DNA from: an uncultured Terracidiphilus sp.
GTDB lineage: Bacteria; Acidobacteriota; Terriglobia; Terriglobales; Acidobacteriaceae
Assembly (NCBI GenBank): GCA_964450895.1
Contig: CAYVGW010000001.1
Coordinates: 9,259-73,258, forward strand
DNA length: 64,000 nt
Direction: 5' to 3'
In this document: piece by piece, positions 60,211-64,000 of the stretch
How the letters are laid out: each line of letters starts with the position of its first letter
Numbering within the stretch: the first letter of the stretch is position 1
Program-made: the position numbers and the translations under genes
The notes under the pieces: generated by a model
Told to the model about the DNA's origin: nothing
The model's input: only the letters and a program-made list of their open reading frames with translations
Databases searched by the model: none

Positions 60211-62385
60211 TCAATGCCCGCCACTTGCCGCCCCAACCGGCAGACCAAGCGCGGCAGCGGAAGGCAGTTCCCTGCCCTTTTCAAAGTCTTTGGTCACCTG
60301 CGCAAAGCGCTCGCCGCGCTGCTGCCACTCTTCAATCCGAAGATCATAGCGGACAGTTACATTGTCCAGCCAATAGGGCCGATTTTCACTCAGCCAAACC
60401 TGGCGATAGAGATTCTTCGCGGCCGAGTAGCCGTCGCGCAAGTCCTGGCAGCGGCCAAACATGCTGCTGATCTCGTCCAGCATATTGTGGGTCTCCCAGG
60501 TGCGCGCCTTGGCCGGGTCTTTCTGGCGCTCAAGCACCTCGGCATAGCTGTCGGCAATCTCCTGGCCCAGTTCAAACTTCAAACCGATCAGGTCCAGCCG
60601 CCGCGCGCCCATCTCCATCGCCAGCAGCGCGTCGGCCTGCTGCAAGCGCGGATTGGCCGCGCGCGCCTCGGCCAGCAGCACGATGGCGCGCTCCGCATGA
60701 GTGCGCAGATCGACGGCCACCGGCAGGACCTTCGCCGAAGCCTCCTGGCCCTCCGCGCTCCACGGGTCGATCCAGAAAAGCTGATCGCTGTTCAGCCCGG
60801 AGTGCGCCTTGCCCAGAGCCTCGTGGGCATGAATCAACTCCTCTTCCGCCTGCTCGATCTTGCCGCTCCGGTCGCCATGAAAGAGCCGCCCGTAGGCCTC
60901 CTGATAGGCGGGGATCGAACTCTCTCCCGGCTGCCAGGCCGCCACCGCGCCAAAGAGCACGCCGTACCAATCCATGTTGAAGAGGCCTTCGCCGTCGTCG
61001 TTCCAAACCGTGGTCAAGGCGCCGGTCGAGCCGAGCCGCTGCCCATCGCGAATGAAGCCCTGGATGTTGCCGAAGGCCCCCTTCGCCGCGGGAAAGACCT
61101 CATTCCAATTCGCGTCGCCGGGAGAGACCCAGGTCTCGATTCCCGCTTTGGCAAATGGCTCGATCATCTTGTCGAAGCCTTCCGTGTCCCAATAGTTCCA
61201 GGGCACTGCGATCATATCCTTGGGCAACTGGGCCACCGCCGCCGGGTCGCTCCCGCCAATATCTCCCCAGAAGAGCAGGCGGCGATGCAGCGGCGTCAGC
61301 TCGTCGTGAATCTGCTTCAGGAACTCGACGTAGACCGGCCCATAGCCCTTCGCCTGCACCTCAGCATGGGTCCGCCCCACGCCCAGGTCAAAGGTCTCGT
61401 CGGCGCCGATATGCAGAAACGGCGAGGGAAACTCCTCCGCGAGCTGCGTAAACCAGTCCTTGATCAGCGGCAGCGTTCCCGGCTGACCCGGCGCCAGCAC
61501 ATGGCCATGCGGCGTCTCCGCCACATCCTTGTACAGGTCGTACTTGAGCACGTGGTGCAGATGCCCGAAGGCCTCCTGCTCCGGCAAGATCATCACATGA
61601 TACTGCCGTGCGTAGGCCACCAGCTCCGCCGCTTCAGCCGGCGTCAGCGCGCTGCCCGTAGGCGCGGCCAGCGGCTGATGAGGATACAAAAGCGTGTGCT
61701 CGATGTACGGCGAATAGACGTTGGCCTTGAAGGAAGCGAAGACGCGAATCTGGCGCTTCTGGAACTCCAGCGTGGGAAAGGGGCCGCGGGAGAGATCGTC
61801 GTCGATGCCGCGATACTTCATCGCCGGCCAGTCGCGCACCGTGCCGGTGGGCAGAACCGCCTTCTCGCCGGGAAGCGGCAGCAACTGCTTGAAGGTTTGC
61901 ACGCCATAAAAGATGCCCGCGCTGGAGGCAGCCACGATCTCGGCCTGGTGCGGCTCGATCACCAGCAGATAGCCTTCCTCCCGCATCGCCTCGTCGAAGG
62001 CCAACCCGCGTTGAGTCAGCAGGGCCTTGGCCGCCGGCGCATCGCTGCGCAGCAGAACGACGCGGTATGCGCTTTCACCCTTCGCGCCGGGAAGCTCGGC
62101 TTGCCGGACAGCCTCTTCCAGGTCGCGCTTGGCAAACTCGTCCTCCGCATCGCCGCCCGGAACGCTGACGGCTATGGTTGCCGGTAAAGCTGTCTCCCCG
62201 GCGAAGTGCGCCTCGCGCGGCGCGGGCAGCAGGCGGGGCTGGGCCGAGAGCAGCGCTGGAAACGTCATTGCCAGGGCAAGCAGCGCACAGATCGCTACGC
62301 CCGCCGACGGCAAAGCTGGCCAGGGCTTGCGGAGCGACGTTGCGGTTGGGGCGGCGTTGCGAGAGAAATTTTGCACCAAGATCAC
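60211..62385 (-). CDS. GH20 beta-N-acetylhexosaminidase-like
   Basis: EGYLL, GIFYGVQT, DWPAMKYRG..DLSRG, PEQEAFGH, HIGADE catalytic pair, FWGD; start uncertain. Confidence 0.9.
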   Translation of the reverse strand: MILVQNFSRNAAPTATSLRKPWPALPSAGVAICALLALAMTFPALLSAQPRLLPAPREAHFAGETALPATIAVSVPGGDAEDEFAKRDLEEAVRQAELPGAKGESAYRVVLLRSDAPAAKALLTQRGLAFDEAMREEGYLLVIEPHQAEIVAASSAGIFYGVQTFKQLLPLPGEKAVLPTGTVRDWPAMKYRGIDDDLSRGPFPTLEFQKRQIRVFASFKANVYSPYIEHTLLYPHQPLAAPTGSALTPAEAAELVAYARQYHVMILPEQEAFGHLHHVLKYDLYKDVAETPHGHVLAPGQPGTLPLIKDWFTQLAEEFPSPFLHIGADETFDLGVGRTHAEVQAKGYGPVYVEFLKQIHDELTPLHRRLLFWGDIGGSDPAAVAQLPKDMIAVPWNYWDTEGFDKMIEPFAKAGIETWVSPGDANWNEVFPAAKGAFGNIQGFIRDGQRLGSTGALTTVWNDDGEGLFNMDWYGVLFGAVAAWQPGESSIPAYQEAYGRLFHGDRSGKIEQAEEELIHAHEALGKAHSGLNSDQLFWIDPWSAEGQEASAKVLPVAVDLRTHAERAIVLLAEARAANPRLQQADALLAMEMGARRLDLIGLKFELGQEIADSYAEVLERQKDPAKARTWETHNMLDEISSMFGRCQDLRDGYSAAKNLYRQVWLSENRPYWLDNVTVRYDLRIEEWQQRGERFAQVTKDFEKGRELPSAAALGLPVGAASGGH

Positions 62386-62647
62386 CTCAGCAGGAACTTA
62401 AAAATCAAAAAAACGACCGTTTACCTCGAATACGATCATCATACTATTTCACAATCGACGATGCAGACCCGCCGGGCATGAAAGTGGTGCGCAGACGGAA
62501 TCAATGTCGCATCCGCGAACGAACGAAGATTGTCTTGTGTCTCTCAGAATCGAGAGCAGATGGACAGGCTCTTCAAATCAAGGCTGCATCACTGTTTTGA
62601 AAATTACCCATACGAAGCGATATGAACCTGCCACTTAGTGCTACACT

Positions 62648-63067
62648 TTGACCGTGGGCAAGAATGGTCCCAAGGCGCTGTCGGTGTACAAAGGCAAGCC
62701 GTTTTCCCGTTTTGCCCGGAAGGCTCACATTACGGACGCTGATCTATGGAATGCTGCCCAGCTCGCTGACGAAGGCGTAATCGATGCCGATCTTGGCGGA
62801 GGGGTGATCAAGCAGCGCATTGCACGCGCCGGAGAAGGAAAGTCGGGCGGTTCGCGGTCGATCATTCTCTTCAAGAAGAATGACCGCGCGGTCTTCGTGC
62901 ATGGTTTTGAAAAGAAAGATGTGGCCAACATTACGGTCAAGGATCTGGTTGCTTTCCGCAAACTTGCGAATGCCATTCTCGGCTGCACGGATGCCGAGAT
63001 GGCGCAAAGAGTTGAAATTGGCTTGTACTTCAAAGTAGAAAATCCAGAGGAAAAAGACGATGACTAA
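62648..63067 (+). CDS. RelE/ParE-family (HigB2-like) toxin
   Basis: FSRFARK, DADLGGGVIKQRIAR.GEGKSGG.R, FVHGFEK; start could be GTG at 62684. Confidence 0.88.
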   Translation: MTVGKNGPKALSVYKGKPFSRFARKAHITDADLWNAAQLADEGVIDADLGGGVIKQRIARAGEGKSGGSRSIILFKKNDRAVFVHGFEKKDVANITVKDLVAFRKLANAILGCTDAEMAQRVEIGLYFKVENPEEKDDD

Positions 63068-63377
63068 AATGTATCGCAGCAAGATGATGGCTTCTGTTCA
63101 CGAGATGGCGTCCGATTTGTACGGTGTGGGCGGAATCGATAAAAAGACCATGCGCGAGTTCGACGCGCTCTGCCTGACGCCGGTACAGAAGATGACGCCG
63201 GAGAAGATTCGGGCGCTGCGCGAGCGCGAAAAAACCAGCCAGACAGTCTTTGCAGCTTACTTGAACGTCACGCCAAGCCTGGTGAGCAAATGGGAGCGGG
63301 GAGAAAAACATCCGCAGGGAGCCTCGCTCAAGCTGCTCTCGCTGGTGGAGAAGAAGGGGTTGGAGGTTGTGGCGTAA
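63060..63377 (+). CDS. HTH antitoxin (HigA2/XRE-like)
   Basis: TMREFDALC, IRALRE..SQTVFAAYLNV...VSKWERGEKHP; overlaps toxin stop. Confidence 0.9.
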   Translation: MTKMYRSKMMASVHEMASDLYGVGGIDKKTMREFDALCLTPVQKMTPEKIRALREREKTSQTVFAAYLNVTPSLVSKWERGEKHPQGASLKLLSLVEKKGLEVVA

Positions 63378-63447
63378 GAAGAGTAATTCAACGTGATAAA
63401 ATCTCAGTGTATTTCATCTATTCAGACACAATGCACGAGGACGCATA

Positions 63448-64000
63448 ATGAACAAAGCTATTCTTCTCGTATTCTTTCTCGCTTCTTCTTTTCATATTCA
63501 TGCACAGGAAACGCCCTCTCAAAGCTGTACGCGCGATTTGGATGCCATCCCGGCCTTCCTGCTGGCCAACGACGCAGGTGGCCAGGATGAACTAGCGCAA
63601 AAAGGGCAGAAGCACTTTGACGATGCACTGATCGCCGCCAAAGCCGATGCCGCCAAGATCACCACAGACGAAGATTGCTCTACCATCGTGCGCAAGTATC
63701 TGCTGGCTTGGCGCGACGGCCACCTATGGGTCGAATTTGCTGCGCCAAAGAAGGCAGAGAACGTGGCAGCAACTCCGACGCCGAAAGAAGGCAACCATGC
63801 CGTGCTGAAGGTGATGAGCGACAAGACGCTGCTGTTGACGCTGCCCGATTTTGAAGCCGCCGTGGGCCAGGATCTGAAAACGATGAATGAGAAGCAGCAC
63901 GATGTGCTAGCCTCGCATCCGAACTGGATCATCGATGTGCGTGACAATAGCGGCGGCAGCGACGACAGTTACGATCCCTTGACGCGCTGGCTCTTGCCCG
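63448..64000 (+). CDS. S41 family peptidase, secreted (3'-truncated; not in ORF track)
   Basis: Hand translation MNKAILLVFFLASSFHIHAQ...WRDGHL...LLLTLPDF...WIIDVRDNSGGSD; open to window end; GAGG RBS. Confidence 0.8.
   Translation, partial: MNKAILLVFFLASSFHIHAQETPSQSCTRDLDAIPAFLLANDAGGQDELAQKGQKHFDDALIAAKADAAKITTDEDCSTIVRKYLLAWRDGHLWVEFAAPKKAENVAATPTPKEGNHAVLKVMSDKTLLLTLPDFEAAVGQDLKTMNEKQHDVLASHPNWIIDVRDNSGGSDDSYDPLTRWLLP

Noticed and set aside
63519..63947. 142-aa minus-strand ORF
   Set aside because: Shadow of the + strand S41 peptidase that runs off the window

Overview
A GC-rich bacterial chromosome segment, most consistent with Acidobacteriota (Terriglobia), inferred from the Oar-like TonB-dependent receptors, glycoside hydrolase loci and intergenic hairpin repeats. 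Left to right: (1) 1-20.3 kb: a probable GntR-controlled (hydroxy)proline/glycopeptide utilisation region (GH51, alpha-KGSA-type dehydrogenase, GntR, two tandem TBDRs, S9 peptidase, 2Fe-2S plus FAD dehydrogenase subunits). Four of its promoters share a TGYAT-N6-TTGYAT motif, and it is interrupted by a frameshifted PAS-GGDEF-EAL gene. (2) 20.4-28.7 kb: a compact eight-gene biosynthetic cluster (ACP, KS, short KS partner, adenylate-forming ligase, hexapeptide acyltransferase, ThDP enzyme, MppJ-like C-methyltransferase, SDR). Its core resembles the coronafacic-acid/cispentacin five-membered-ring type II PKS-like module, but with a different tailoring set. This is the best candidate for an undescribed system. 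(3) 29-37.7 kb: histidine utilisation (hutI, hutU, fused FTCD, hutH, Lrp) carrying two inserts, a coupled pair of small PD-(D/E)XK (DUF4365-like) genes with no methylase (candidate defence module) and a HigBA pair. (4) 38-50 kb: GH27, ABC exporter, ssb, cyoE, rph and an atypical sigma-54 signalling trio. (5) 50-64 kb: MmeI-like restriction-methylase, a GH20/GH92/sugar-porter locus with two uncharacterised genes, a RelE-HTH TA pair and a truncated S41 peptidase. No rRNA, tRNA, CRISPR array or transposase was seen. All family calls come from motifs recognised by eye; no database search was run.
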